DNA from: Candidatus Omnitrophota bacterium
GTDB lineage: Bacteria; Omnitrophota; Gorgyraeia; Gygaellales; Profunditerraquicolaceae
Assembly: GCA_049517335.1 (NCBI GenBank)
Contig: JBEKSD010000005.1
Span: 1-64,000 of the forward strand
Length of the DNA stretch: 64,000 nt
Reading direction: 5' to 3'
The notes under the pieces were generated by a model that saw only the letters and a list, made by a program, of their open reading frames with translations, searched no databases and was not told the origin of the DNA. Positions 18,934 to 28,746 of the stretch are shown here, piece by piece. The translations under genes and the position numbers were made by a program. Position 1 is the first letter of the stretch. Each line of letters starts with the position of its first letter.

Positions 18934-19218
18934 TTACTTAAGATGTATATTTACTAATTTATCAATAGGAAGTCCCAACGCCAGAAAACAAGCTAATGAT
19001 AAAATAGAAAAAAATGTTACTACGATTGGATTACAAGTATTATCAAATAAGCACTCATTATATAATAAATATGCGATACGAATACCTATACATAAATATA
19101 TCGGTTTAAAAATAAATTCAGCTATAAAATACCTTTTTTTAGAAATATCATGTTCAGCATCTTTCTTTTTACTTATTTCTCTCACTACCTCATTTTTATC
19201 TTGATTTAATCTTTCCAT
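18934..19218 (-). CDS. IS passenger: two-TM hypothetical protein
   Basis: Lies inside the IRs, AT-rich, two hydrophobic segments. Confidence 0.55.
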   Translation of the reverse strand: MERLNQDKNEVVREISKKKDAEHDISKKRYFIAEFIFKPIYLCIGIRIAYLLYNECLFDNTCNPIVVTFFSILSLACFLALGLPIDKLVNIHLK

Positions 19219-19508
19219 ATTAACTTAGCTTTACAATTAGGACATGGGTTCTCATCTTCTTTAACTATATTATGACAGTTAGGGCATCTGTAGACTTTTT
19301 TAGATAACATCTTTAAAACTTCCACAAGAAGCCAAGCTCCACCTATAAATGCCCCAGCTTTTAATAAAGAATCTACCCAATTTTCTTTTTTATCGCTCAT
19401 TGGATTATCTTCGTTTTCATTTTGATTGCTATTTCTATATTCAAGTCCTATAATATAGATTAAGAAAAAAAACAACAGAAGCAGGGAAGCAAATATATTA
19501 TATATCAT
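19206..19508 (-). CDS. IS passenger: membrane-anchored zinc-ribbon protein
   Basis: TM segment(s) followed by CPNC...CPNC. Confidence 0.6.
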   Translation of the reverse strand: MIYNIFASLLLLFFFLIYIIGLEYRNSNQNENEDNPMSDKKENWVDSLLKAGAFIGGAWLLVEVLKMLSKKVYRCPNCHNIVKEDENPCPNCKAKLIWKD

Positions 19509-19556
19509 ATTTGCCCCCTTTGGTCAACTTGTTTTGAAGAGAACCCTTATAGTTAC

Positions 19557-20216
19557 TTAATGTTTCAGTACTTCTATCACTTCTTCATCGCTAACTTGAG
19601 GAAATTTTAAATAAAACTGCCCGACTGACGCAAAATAATCCGGCACTCTCAAACATATTATTTCATCCGCATAAGAGCTTAATTTTGATATGCTCTCTTG
19701 CGCAGCAATAGGGAAAGCCGCAATAATACTTCTGGCTTTTTCCTGACAAACAGCCATTAGCCCCGACTGCACCGTAGCGCCCGTAGCAACTCCGTCATCT
19801 ATAATAACGGCTATTCTATCTTTTAAACTAACCTTGGGAAAAACCTTACGGTATATTTTATTGCGCCTTGAAATTTCAGCTAACTGGCGTTCCTTCTCTT
19901 CCTGAATATATGCCTTATCCACTCCAATCTCAGATACCAATAAATCATTAAGGATAATCTCCCCACTTTCGGAAACTGCGCCAATTGCGAGTTCAGGGTT
20001 ACAGGGCGAGCCTAATTTACGGGAGAGTATAATATCAAATTTACTTTTTAATATACCGGCGACTTCCGCTGCCACGATTATCCCGCCCCTTGGAATACCA
20101 AGCACGACTATCTCTTCGCTGTTTAAATATTTTAACTGTTCAGCCAACAGCCTACCGGCTTCAACCCGGCTGGCAAAAGGCTTATTACTATGAGAAACAA
20201 TACGGATATCCGCCAT
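19557..20216 (-). CDS. Phosphoribosyltransferase family protein
   Basis: GIPRGG and IIDDGVATGAT PRPP-binding motif. Confidence 0.9.
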   Translation of the reverse strand: MADIRIVSHSNKPFASRVEAGRLLAEQLKYLNSEEIVVLGIPRGGIIVAAEVAGILKSKFDIILSRKLGSPCNPELAIGAVSESGEIILNDLLVSEIGVDKAYIQEEKERQLAEISRRNKIYRKVFPKVSLKDRIAVIIDDGVATGATVQSGLMAVCQEKARSIIAAFPIAAQESISKLSSYADEIICLRVPDYFASVGQFYLKFPQVSDEEVIEVLKH

Positions 20217-20244
20217 CTGGGGAAATTATAGAGATCCTAAATAG

Positions 20245-20691
20245 CTATTTTGAGATTCTTTTATCAATAGAGAATGAGCCACCGCCTTTAATCATCAAAG
20301 CTATGCATATGGCAATAACAAGAAGGTGGTATTCAATACCTTCCCCCTTCTGTACTCCATACCAATTCATAAAAAAACCGTTTTGCCAATGAATCATCCA
20401 TATCACTACAAACATTACGACGGCAATGAAAAGAGAGGCAATACGGGTAAAGAACCCTATAATCAATGCAATAGAACCGAGGAACTCCGCGGCAATTGCC
20501 GATAAAGCGAATATATAAGGTATATGCATTTGCTGCGTAAAGGTATTCATTGTATTAAAAAATCCGCCTCCTCCGAACCAACCCAATGCTTTTTGAGCCC
20601 CGTGCGCAAAAAAAACAATTCCCAGCATTAATCTAAGCACGAGTGCGGCATAATCATTCTTTGTATCAGTTACTATTTTACACATAGGCAC
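20245..20691 (-). CDS. DoxX family membrane protein
   Basis: HGAQK, AEFLG, GFFTR, GIEY, GGGSFSID. Confidence 0.9.
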   Translation of the reverse strand: MPMCKIVTDTKNDYAALVLRLMLGIVFFAHGAQKALGWFGGGGFFNTMNTFTQQMHIPYIFALSAIAAEFLGSIALIIGFFTRIASLFIAVVMFVVIWMIHWQNGFFMNWYGVQKGEGIEYHLLVIAICIALMIKGGGSFSIDKRISK

Positions 20692-20723
20692 CTCCCCGTC
20701 GGTTACCAGAACTTTTTTTGCAC

Positions 20724-20909
20724 TTATAAGTTTTTATAATATTCCACGCATTTTGGGCATGCCCCATCCTTCTCCTGCCAGTCCGGATGTTCTTTCTTAA
20801 GAGTCTCAATAATATACTCGTGGGCACTAGTGCACAAATTCACCAAGCTCTCATCTTGCTCTTCTTTACATACCGGGCAGAATACTTTCTTTTGCTTATT
20901 TTCTCCCAT
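20724..20909 (-). CDS. Small CxxC...CxxC metal-binding protein
   Basis: CPVC...HPDW...CPKC; AGGAGG RBS. Confidence 0.7.
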   Translation of the reverse strand: MGENKQKKVFCPVCKEEQDESLVNLCTSAHEYIIETLKKEHPDWQEKDGACPKCVEYYKNL

Positions 20910-20962
20910 TGCCCACCTCCTGATTTCTTAAAGCCGGAAAATTTTTCAAATTTGTCCTTTAC

Positions 20963-21370
20963 TTAAGACTTATGGACAAATTCCCACGAATCCAATTTTT
21001 CTTTTTCCCCAAAATAAAGGTATATCAAAACGGTATTTAATTCATTGCTCGGTAAACGGTAAACGCACAATTGCTTAAGCTGCCCTTTAAGCAAATCGCT
21101 TTTGCAGAAAACAGGGTTTCCGTATTTGATTAAGATGTGTTTTTTTGACGTATTTTTTTTTAGACGGTTATTTTCAATATCGCCTCTCAGTTTGCAAAAA
21201 TTTTCTTCCTGTTTTTTCACATCTTCCTTAGCTTCGGCTTGACTACTGCCAAATCTTTTCAATACCATTAACTGGTCATAATGAGGGAATAACGAACAAC
21301 CCGCTGTAAAAAGTATCAATAAATAGGTGAGCAGATACTTAATAATCAATGCCCCTCCTACCCGGTCCAA
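20963..21370 (-). CDS. Putative lipoprotein
   Basis: Hydrophobic leader ending in a TAGC lipobox. Confidence 0.65.
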   Translation of the reverse strand: MDRVGGALIIKYLLTYLLILFTAGCSLFPHYDQLMVLKRFGSSQAEAKEDVKKQEENFCKLRGDIENNRLKKNTSKKHILIKYGNPVFCKSDLLKGQLKQLCVYRLPSNELNTVLIYLYFGEKEKLDSWEFVHKS

Positions 21371-21378
21371 TTAAAAAT

Positions 21379-22011
21379 TTACCGGAATAATCCAAACAGA
21401 AGACTGATCATACTATAAATAAAATCCTGCATAAAAGCTATAACCGGATTAAGCATGCCGCTGAATAACAAGATGATTAAGATGAAGAACCCATACGGCT
21501 CCAAGCGGGCGAGCTTAAGCTGAAGGCCTTCGGGAAGAAAACTCATAAGGATTTTTGAGCCGTCCAGCGGCGGAATAGGGATTAAATTAAATGCCCCCAA
21601 TATAATGTTTATCTTTACCAAAATGGCTAACATAGAGGCAAGCGGAGAATTAATATTCACAAAACCCGACTGTAATAAAATCAACGCGATTATTGCGATG
21701 AGTATATTCGTTAAGCATCCTGCCAGAGCAACGCAAAATAACCCCAAACGGTTATTCTTCAGCAGATAATAATCCACCGGCACCGGCTTAGCCCAACCAA
21801 AACCTACCAGAAAAAGCATAAGTGTGCCTATGGGGTCAAGGTGGGATACCGGATTAAGCGTCAACCTCCCGTAATGTATAGCCGTGTTATCGCCAAAAAG
21901 ATGCGCTGTAAACCCATGGGCAACTTCATGGAAGATTACGGAATAAAGAAGTAGGCCAGCCAGCATAATAAACAAGACTGGATTACTAAATAAAAGCGAA
22001 ATTAATCCCAT
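21379..22011 (-). CDS. Site-2 protease (M50) family protein
   Basis: HEVAH and [10 protein letters not shown]. Confidence 0.92.
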   Translation of the reverse strand: MGLISLLFSNPVLFIMLAGLLLYSVIFHEVAHGFTAHLFGDNTAIHYGRLTLNPVSHLDPIGTLMLFLVGFGWAKPVPVDYYLLKNNRLGLFCVALAGCLTNILIAIIALILLQSGFVNINSPLASMLAILVKINIILGAFNLIPIPPLDGSKILMSFLPEGLQLKLARLEPYGFFILIILLFSGMLNPVIAFMQDFIYSMISLLFGLFR

Positions 22012-22078
22012 ACCTTACCTCTTACCTCCCCTCACCCGATTTTCTAACGGACAGCTTTAGAATAACGGTTGCCCCCTC

Positions 22079-22840
22079 TTATTGCAATCTTAAGTAGAAA
22101 ATCAGAATGGCAACTGCTAAGAGTATCCTGTAATATACGAATACCTTTAAGCTGGAGTTCCTGACAAATTTTAGCAGGAAATAAATTCCGGCAAAGCCGC
22201 TTAACGCAGAAAATAATATTCCGGACCAGAATGCCGGGGTTAAGTCGGAAATATGTAATTTTGAGAGCTTTAATGCTCCTGCGGCAACCACAATCGGCGT
22301 AGCAAGCAGGAATGAAAATCTTGCGGCTGCCTGACGGGTCAGGCCTTTAAAAAGCCCAGTAGTTATAGTTATGCCAGAACGGGATACGCCCGGGATTAAC
22401 GCTACCGTTTGCGCAAGGCCGATTGTAAAAACTGTCCTGAAATCCATCTCTTCAATAGGTCTCTCTTTCTTACCAAAATTATCCGCCAGCCAGAGGATGA
22501 CCCCGAATACCGCCAACATCATGGCTACCAATAAAGGCGACCTGAAAACTGTTTCTGCCTTTTTCTCTAAAAGTAACCCTACCAGCGCAGCAGGCAGCGT
22601 TGCGATGATAATATACCAAAAAAGATTTTTTTTGTGAGTTATAATAGACATCCAGTCTTTGAAGAAATAAATCATAAATGCCAAAGCAGTGCCTACATGG
22701 AGCGCTACATCAAAAGAAAGACCCTGATAATGCCACTTAAAAAACCAGGGGAATAAAAACAGGTGTGCTGAACTGGAGATAGGTAAAACCTCGGTCAGTC
22801 CCTGAATAATCCCTAAGATGACAGCATGTGAAACAGGCAT
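22079..22840 (-). CDS. uppP: Undecaprenyl-diphosphatase
   Basis: QGLTEVLPISSSAH and PGVSRSG. Confidence 0.93.
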   Translation of the reverse strand: MPVSHAVILGIIQGLTEVLPISSSAHLFLFPWFFKWHYQGLSFDVALHVGTALAFMIYFFKDWMSIITHKKNLFWYIIIATLPAALVGLLLEKKAETVFRSPLLVAMMLAVFGVILWLADNFGKKERPIEEMDFRTVFTIGLAQTVALIPGVSRSGITITTGLFKGLTRQAAARFSFLLATPIVVAAGALKLSKLHISDLTPAFWSGILFSALSGFAGIYFLLKFVRNSSLKVFVYYRILLAVAILIFYLRLQ

Positions 22841-23439
22841 TAGCGGTGATTTTCCAATGACGCCAGTGAAGCGGCGATTTCATTGCTTAATGATGCGCAC
22901 TCCGCGCTCAACGTTTTAATCAGACCCGGATAACTATGAGGTTCAACCGGTTGCCGGAAATCCGACCTTTTGGTAAGAAGCATCTTATTATTCCTTACGT
23001 CAATAACCGACCATTGCACCGTAAAAGAAACATCGCCGTTAAGGTCGCTTTCCAGTTTAATTACCTCTGCAATAATCTGGTATTTAACCGGAATAACATA
23101 ATTATAAGGAAACCTCCCAAGGGTTGCTCCCGGAAGCATTAAACTTAAGTTTTCAAGGATTAGGCGCCCCAACGCCTGATCAAGCGGCTCTCCCCAGCGG
23201 TCAAATTGCGCAAACTCAAGCATTTTATTCCTGTCTTGAGTGACAATTTGCGGTCGGTTTTGATACTCCGGAATTTTAACTGGGCCCACTGCGATAATAA
23301 CGTCCGGACTAAGATTAGACTCATTCGATACTTCACTTCTATCCAAAGCCTTCAGCATATAAAAACGCGGAGCCGGGCTGCTGGGCACGGACACGCACCC
23401 GCCTAATAGGAAAACAAAAATCATAACCGCAATTCTCAT
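22840..23439 (-). CDS. PqiC-family ABC auxiliary lipoprotein
   Basis: LGGC lipobox, PEYQNRPQIV, RWGEPL. Confidence 0.85.
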   Translation of the reverse strand: MRIAVMIFVFLLGGCVSVPSSPAPRFYMLKALDRSEVSNESNLSPDVIIAVGPVKIPEYQNRPQIVTQDRNKMLEFAQFDRWGEPLDQALGRLILENLSLMLPGATLGRFPYNYVIPVKYQIIAEVIKLESDLNGDVSFTVQWSVIDVRNNKMLLTKRSDFRQPVEPHSYPGLIKTLSAECASLSNEIAASLASLENHR

Positions 23440-23444
23440 TTTTT

Positions 23445-24155
23445 TTACTCTCCTTTGCGAATTACCTTGCCTTTTAAAAGCGCTTCAGGATGCTGCTCAA
23501 GGTATTCAATAAACAAACGCATGGACCGTGCTGCGTCCGTAACTTCTTCGAGCGTTTTATCCAATTCAGAGATTCCTTGTGAGTTTACCAGCCGGTTAAG
23601 CCCTTCTACCGTTTGCTTCAAATTATACATGATTTCCTTAACGGGAATCTCATCCATAATCGCAAAAATGTCCGGAGAAACAGTAAGCGCGGGCAACTCA
23701 GGGTATTGACTTTTAATACCATAGGTATTCGCGGGCTTATCCGAATAAAAATCAAAAGCGACCATAAGTTGTCCGGTGATAAAATTCTGTATCTCAAGGC
23801 GGCCGCGCAAACCCTCCTCAACCAGTTTTTTATAGTCAGGATAACCAATGGTACCGGAGACGCCCTTTACACGAGCTAACTCCACGTCAATGACTACGGA
23901 GATAAGCACCTTATTGCTTTTCGGGTCATAAACCGGGGTGATATTGCTGATGTTGCCTATTTTTACGCCTTTAAAAACAACGGGCGCGCCTTCGGAAAGC
24001 CCCTTGACTGAGCCGTCAAAATACAAAACATATTTATGCGATAACTTAAACAATGCCCCTGAGCCAAAGATTGCTATAGCTGACAGTAATAACGCTATCG
24101 CCCCTACCACGAACGCACCTATCAGTGTTTTATTCGCTTTTCTCATCATTATCAA
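23445..24155 (-). CDS. MCE/MlaD-family protein
   Basis: FDGSVKGLSEGAPVVFKGVKIG; C-terminal HPEALLKG. Confidence 0.88.
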   Translation of the reverse strand: MIMMRKANKTLIGAFVVGAIALLLSAIAIFGSGALFKLSHKYVLYFDGSVKGLSEGAPVVFKGVKIGNISNITPVYDPKSNKVLISVVIDVELARVKGVSGTIGYPDYKKLVEEGLRGRLEIQNFITGQLMVAFDFYSDKPANTYGIKSQYPELPALTVSPDIFAIMDEIPVKEIMYNLKQTVEGLNRLVNSQGISELDKTLEEVTDAARSMRLFIEYLEQHPEALLKGKVIRKGE

Positions 24156-24940
24156 GCTCCCTGCCTGCCGGCAGGCAGGCTTATTTTTTCTCCCCTTGTC
24201 AAGAATTGAATAACCTTAGGATCGTGAGAATTAGTTAACAAATCTTTGGGGTTCCCTGAAGCAATTATGGTTTTACTTTCCGTATCAAGGAATATGCCGT
24301 TATCCCCCACGGCAAAAATACTGGCAAGTTCATGCGTTACCACTACGATTGTTGCCCCTAATACATCCCTTAACTGGATAATCAGGTCATCAAGCATCCT
24401 TGCGTTTACCGGATCAAGCCCAGATGAAGGCTCATCAAAAAAGACAATATCCGGGTCAAGCGCGATTGCCCGGGCAAGGCCGGCCCTTTTACGCATCCCT
24501 CCGCTTATTTGCGAAGGATAAAAATCTTCATATCCGGATAAACCCGCAAGCGAAAGTTTTAACCTAGCCACTTCCCGCACCTGCCCAGCGGATAAATTTG
24601 AATAAATTTGTAAGGGTAGCGCCACATTCTCTTCCAATGTCAGAGAACTCCATAAGGCGCCTCCCTGATAAAGGACTCCGAAGGAGCGCATAATAACCTG
24701 TTGTTCTGCCTCAGGCGCAGCCCAAAAGTTTTTCCCGTCATATAAAACTTCTCCCTTTAACGGTTCATTAAGCCCGATTAACGCCTTAAGTAAAGTACTT
24801 TTACCGCACCCGCTTGCTCCCATCACCACAAAAATATCATTCTTACGCACGCTAAAGTTTAAATCCCGCATCACGATATAATCGTCGTATCCCAAATCAA
24901 GGTTGCGCGCTTCAATAACCGCCTGCTGAAGGTTCGGCAT
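24152..24940 (-). CDS. MlaF-like ABC ATPase
   Basis: GASGCGKS, ISGGMRKR, FFDEP. Confidence 0.9.
   Translation of the reverse strand: MPNLQQAVIEARNLDLGYDDYIVMRDLNFSVRKNDIFVVMGASGCGKSTLLKALIGLNEPLKGEVLYDGKNFWAAPEAEQQVIMRSFGVLYQGGALWSSLTLEENVALPLQIYSNLSAGQVREVARLKLSLAGLSGYEDFYPSQISGGMRKRAGLARAIALDPDIVFFDEPSSGLDPVNARMLDDLIIQLRDVLGATIVVVTHELASIFAVGDNGIFLDTESKTIIASGNPKDLLTNSHDPKVIQFLTRGEKISLPAGRQGA
24160..24179. repeat. 20-bp perfect GC-rich palindrome (REP-like)
   Basis: CCTGCCTGCCGGCAGGCAGG. Confidence 0.75.
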
Positions 24941-24943
24941 AAG

Positions 24944-26071
24944 TTAAACTCCCAGAATCTGGCAAATAAAAGTAATGATTGCGGTGGCGATAACAATACC
25001 GGTAATTGAGGTAACTACGGCCGAAGTAGTCGCCTCTCCTACTCCGGCAGCACTCCTTTCGCACTTCATACCGCGAAGGCAGCCAGCAACCGCGATAATT
25101 AAACCGAAAATAAGGCTGTGTATCAGGCCTATCCAAAGGTATTTAATCCTCACCGCAGTCTGAGTATGGTGTAGGTATTCTATGGGGTTAAGGTTAAGTA
25201 TCCCGGTGCTGATAATGAAACCACCCAGTATTCCCATAAGGTCTGCGTACAAAGTCAAAAGCGGCATCATCATAAATAAAGCTAAGATGCGCGGCATAAC
25301 CAGAAATTCAACCGGCGAAACCCCGAGGGTTTTAAGTGCGTCTATTTCCTCATTCACCTGCATAATGCCCAGCTCTGCCGCAAAAGACGCGCCTATCCTG
25401 CCGGACATAAAAATTCCTGTCATTACCGCCGCCAATACGCGCACCATAGCTATGCCGACAATATCGGCAATATAAATCTGGGTGCCGAACATCTTAAGCT
25501 GTATCGCCCCAACAAAAGCAAGGATCATCCCCAGCAACATGCTTAACAAAGAAACAAGAAAAAATGCATCAAGCCCGCACCTTTGCACGGTAAATACAAA
25601 ATCATTTTTCCGCAAGAATGCTTTACCCGCGAGCAACCGGACAAAAGAAACAGTAATATCACCTAAAAAATTAAATAGTGAACGCGCGCTTTCAACGGCC
25701 TGCAGGACTTTTTCTCCCGTCTTCTCAAGGAACGGTTCAGGCGTATGCCGAGGCGGCATATCCTTTTCATTCACCGCCAAAGCAAGCCTAAGTAGTTTTT
25801 GCGCTCCCTGCGGCAGGCCTTCACGGACAACATCAATACCCCTGCGCCTACACTCCCTGACCAACTGGAGCAAAAAGGAAACAAAACCGCTGTCCCACTT
25901 GATTGTTTCTGAAGCTTCAAAAGTAACCTGCGTGATATCCGGATGACTGCCAAGTTCAAGCGTAACCTCGTTTATTGCGGGTAAGCCTGCGGAAACCTGC
26001 CAGTCTCCGTTTAGCCTGATACGGAGTATTTTCGGCGAGGAATAATCAAAGGCAATTTTTTCTGATTGCAT
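24944..26071 (-). CDS. MlaE-family permease with an N-terminal STAS-like domain
   Basis: GRIGASFAAELG, EEIDAL, PRILA. Confidence 0.88.
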   Translation of the reverse strand: MQSEKIAFDYSSPKILRIRLNGDWQVSAGLPAINEVTLELGSHPDITQVTFEASETIKWDSGFVSFLLQLVRECRRRGIDVVREGLPQGAQKLLRLALAVNEKDMPPRHTPEPFLEKTGEKVLQAVESARSLFNFLGDITVSFVRLLAGKAFLRKNDFVFTVQRCGLDAFFLVSLLSMLLGMILAFVGAIQLKMFGTQIYIADIVGIAMVRVLAAVMTGIFMSGRIGASFAAELGIMQVNEEIDALKTLGVSPVEFLVMPRILALFMMMPLLTLYADLMGILGGFIISTGILNLNPIEYLHHTQTAVRIKYLWIGLIHSLIFGLIIAVAGCLRGMKCERSAAGVGEATTSAVVTSITGIVIATAIITFICQILGV

Positions 26072-26120
26072 TTTTGTTACATATTATACTCTATAATACA
26101 TTACCTTCAACACCTTTAAT

Positions 26121-26525
26121 TTATTTCATTCTAGCAACCTGATTGCCGATACAGAGAATTTCCTTAATGCTACCGTTATCCCCGATAATAGCTTTGTTCG
26201 TCCATAAGACGCGTACCCGCTCTCCGTTGCTACGCATATTCTCGTTTTCGTTCACCGAATGCTCTTCGGGATTTTCCGTGATATCTCTAATCATGGCGAC
26301 TAGGTCTTCCCCGGATAAATCCTTTTTGGAAACAATCGTGCCAATAACGCTTTCACCCAATATGTCCTTTTCGTAATACCCGAAAAACCTCTGGCCGAAC
26401 CGGTTAAGAAAAGTGATGTTGCCGTTTATGTCCATAAGTAAAATAATGCTATTGGCGTTCTCCACTATGTTTCTGTACCGCTCTTCACTACCCCCTAATG
26501 TATCCATAGCGCCTCTCCCTTTCAC
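26121..26525 (-). CDS. Standalone PAS-domain protein
   Basis: One PAS/PAC domain only (ENANSII...FFGY...NENEN...LCIGN). Confidence 0.8.
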   Translation of the reverse strand: MKGRGAMDTLGGSEERYRNIVENANSIILLMDINGNITFLNRFGQRFFGYYEKDILGESVIGTIVSKKDLSGEDLVAMIRDITENPEEHSVNENENMRSNGERVRVLWTNKAIIGDNGSIKEILCIGNQVARMK

Positions 26526-26626
26526 CCTCTATCTATTAATATAATAACTTTCTTCTATGGGTTATTGTATCCCAAAGAGAAGCTAAATTCAAGCTTCTCA
26601 TCTTATGCGTTTAACGAAAATAATTA

Positions 26627-26655
26627 TTGACGCAAACCCTGCGGCATCGTAAACT
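26627..26655 (+). promoter_or_regulatory. Sigma70-type promoter for the pilin gene
   Basis: TTGACG-N17-TAAACT. Confidence 0.5.
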
Positions 26656-26718
26656 AACCTTAAATTCCGGCGTATCGGTAGTTAGTTATAGCATCATAAT
26701 CTTACCATAAAGAAAAAA

Positions 26719-27129
26719 ATGAAAAAGGGTTTTACAATTTTGGAATTACTTATAGTGATTATCATCATTAGTATTCTGGCGACTATCGCTTTTAGCCAGT
26801 ATAAAAATGCGGTAGAGATTGGGCGTAGCGGTGAAGCAAAGTCGGTTTTAGGCACCCTAAGGAGTGCAGAAATCGGTTATCACTTTGAACACCCGTCGTC
26901 ATACGGCAGTATAACAGAAATAGGCGTATCCGCACCTACTCTTTGTGTTGGCCAGTCCACACATTATTTTTCCTATTCATGCGATAGCGCCGCCGGAACT
27001 TGCTGTGCTACAAGATGTACAAGCGGAGGGAAGCCGCCACCTGAGGATGCCAACGAAAAATATACTATTTGCCTGCCTATAGACAAAACCTTTATTGAAA
27101 CGTATCAAACAGGATATGGAAGTAGGTGA
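26719..27129 (+). CDS. Type IV pilin (PilE/PilA-like), Cys-rich
   Basis: KKG/FTILE class III signal peptide. Confidence 0.88.
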   Translation: MKKGFTILELLIVIIIISILATIAFSQYKNAVEIGRSGEAKSVLGTLRSAEIGYHFEHPSSYGSITEIGVSAPTLCVGQSTHYFSYSCDSAAGTCCATRCTSGGKPPPEDANEKYTICLPIDKTFIETYQTGYGSR

Positions 27130-27147
27130 GGCACAGGCGAATCATAG

Positions 27148-27554
27148 ATGGTAACCCGCTTACTTAAGATGAAAAAGGATAATTTTAATACGCTAAGTTT
27201 TGTTCTTCCGGTTTTATTTTTTATTTTCTGCTTAGCTACAACTCATATAAAGGAAATCCTCATCCTTAATGCCGACAAAGGGACATCCTTAATGGCAGCT
27301 TTTTTGCACACAAAAGGCTTTGCCCTCTATAAGGAAATCCGCGGTTGGGCCAGCCGCCCCTTTTAGTACTGATGTTGTCTACGCTAATGAAATTCTTCGG
27401 GGCATCCGTATTCAATGCGCGCCTCGTCACCCTGTTCTTATATCTTCCCTGCTTATCTAGGTGCTGTTTAAAATTATCAGCCGGACGCAGATTTGTTCCG
27501 CTTCCCCCCGGCTTAGAGAACAGCTCGTTCCTTACCTTAAAGATTATACGTTAA
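27148..27554 (+). pseudogene. Fragmented ArnT/PMT-like membrane glycosyltransferase remnant
   Basis: Two overlapping short ORFs. NADKG...ALYK and PPLL...FFGASVFNARL resemble a GT-C N-terminus split by a frameshift. Confidence 0.45.
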
Positions 27555-27615
27555 AATCCCCGTATCTTTATGTTTCCAAGGAGATTCTGCTCAGAAAGGA
27601 AAAATAGGCTTCATC

Positions 27616-28743
27616 CTACCCCAAGCTCCTGCGGAAGCGCAGGGCGCTAAAAGTAATAACCATGATACCCATGATTACAAGCGGCAGGAGTTGAAGCCAG
27701 AGGATATCAATGCCTATACCTTTTAAGAATATACTCCTAATCACCACCATAAAATAACGCAAGGGGTTAAAAAAAGTAAACCACTGGATCACTTTAGGCA
27801 TATTAGCAATAGGATAAGCGAATCCGGACAAAAGGATCGTCGGCATATAGAAAAGGAATACCGACATCATCGCCTCCTGCTGGGTTGAAGAGATTGTGGA
27901 AATAAACAGACCTATCCCTAAAGTGGTAAATAAATATATACAGGTGGAAAATAACAATAGAAACAAATTCCCCCTTAATGGTATATGAAACCAGAACACC
28001 CCCAGTATAGTAATCAGGGTAATTTGGATCAGTGCAATGACGGCAAAAGGAAGGAGTTTACCTACAATCAATTCAAGCGGCCTAAGCGGACTGACAATCA
28101 ACTGCTCCATGGTGCCGATCTCTTTTTCCTTTACTATCGCCATGGCCGTCAACAAAAGAGACATCATAGTTACGATGGTGGCGATTACCCCGGGAAGGTA
28201 ATAATTCCTCGAGATAAGGTTCCCGTTGAACCACGCGCGGTCCCTTAGATCGATGCTGGACACAGGTTTTGTCCAACCGGCAGCTTCAGCTTCTTTTCTC
28301 ATCAGATCGGAATGATACTCGTTTACGATCGAATTGGCGTAACCCATAACGACCATCGCCGTATTTGAGTCTGTGCCGTCAAATGCCAGCTGCACCTGCG
28401 CATCCTTACCGGCATTAAGGTTACGGCCGAAACCGCGGTCAATGTGGATTACCACGCTGGCCAACCCTTCATCAAGAATCCTGTTTTGCTCTTTCTCGCT
28501 GTTAATGTAGTGCTCGGGAATGAAATATTTAGAATAGGTAAACCTACGCAGAAGTTCGCGGCTCTCCACGGTGTTATCGCGGTCAAAAATAGCGGTAGGG
28601 ACATAAGTTATGTCCCTATTAGCAGCGTAACCAAAAAGGATTATCTGCATAAGCGGGGTAATAAAAATAACCGTTTTCATCCGCGGGTCGCGGAAGATCT
28701 GTTTGAATTCCTTGATAAGGATTGCTCTTGCCCGCTCAAACAT
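27616..28743 (-). CDS. ABC-2 type permease (YbhR-like)
   Basis: KEKEIGTMEQL, LSGFAYPI. Confidence 0.9.
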   Translation of the reverse strand: MFERARAILIKEFKQIFRDPRMKTVIFITPLMQIILFGYAANRDITYVPTAIFDRDNTVESRELLRRFTYSKYFIPEHYINSEKEQNRILDEGLASVVIHIDRGFGRNLNAGKDAQVQLAFDGTDSNTAMVVMGYANSIVNEYHSDLMRKEAEAAGWTKPVSSIDLRDRAWFNGNLISRNYYLPGVIATIVTMMSLLLTAMAIVKEKEIGTMEQLIVSPLRPLELIVGKLLPFAVIALIQITLITILGVFWFHIPLRGNLFLLLFSTCIYLFTTLGIGLFISTISSTQQEAMMSVFLFYMPTILLSGFAYPIANMPKVIQWFTFFNPLRYFMVVIRSIFLKGIGIDILWLQLLPLVIMGIMVITFSALRFRRSLG

Positions 28744-28746
28744 TAG

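Larger units (their letters stand above)
17998..19545 (-). mobile_element. IS6-family insertion sequence with two passenger genes
   Basis: 22-bp terminal IRs GGTTYTCTTCAAAACAAGTTGA (17998-18019 and 19524-19545, one mismatch); 8-bp target duplication CTTATAGT at 17990-17997 and 19546-19553. Confidence 0.9.
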
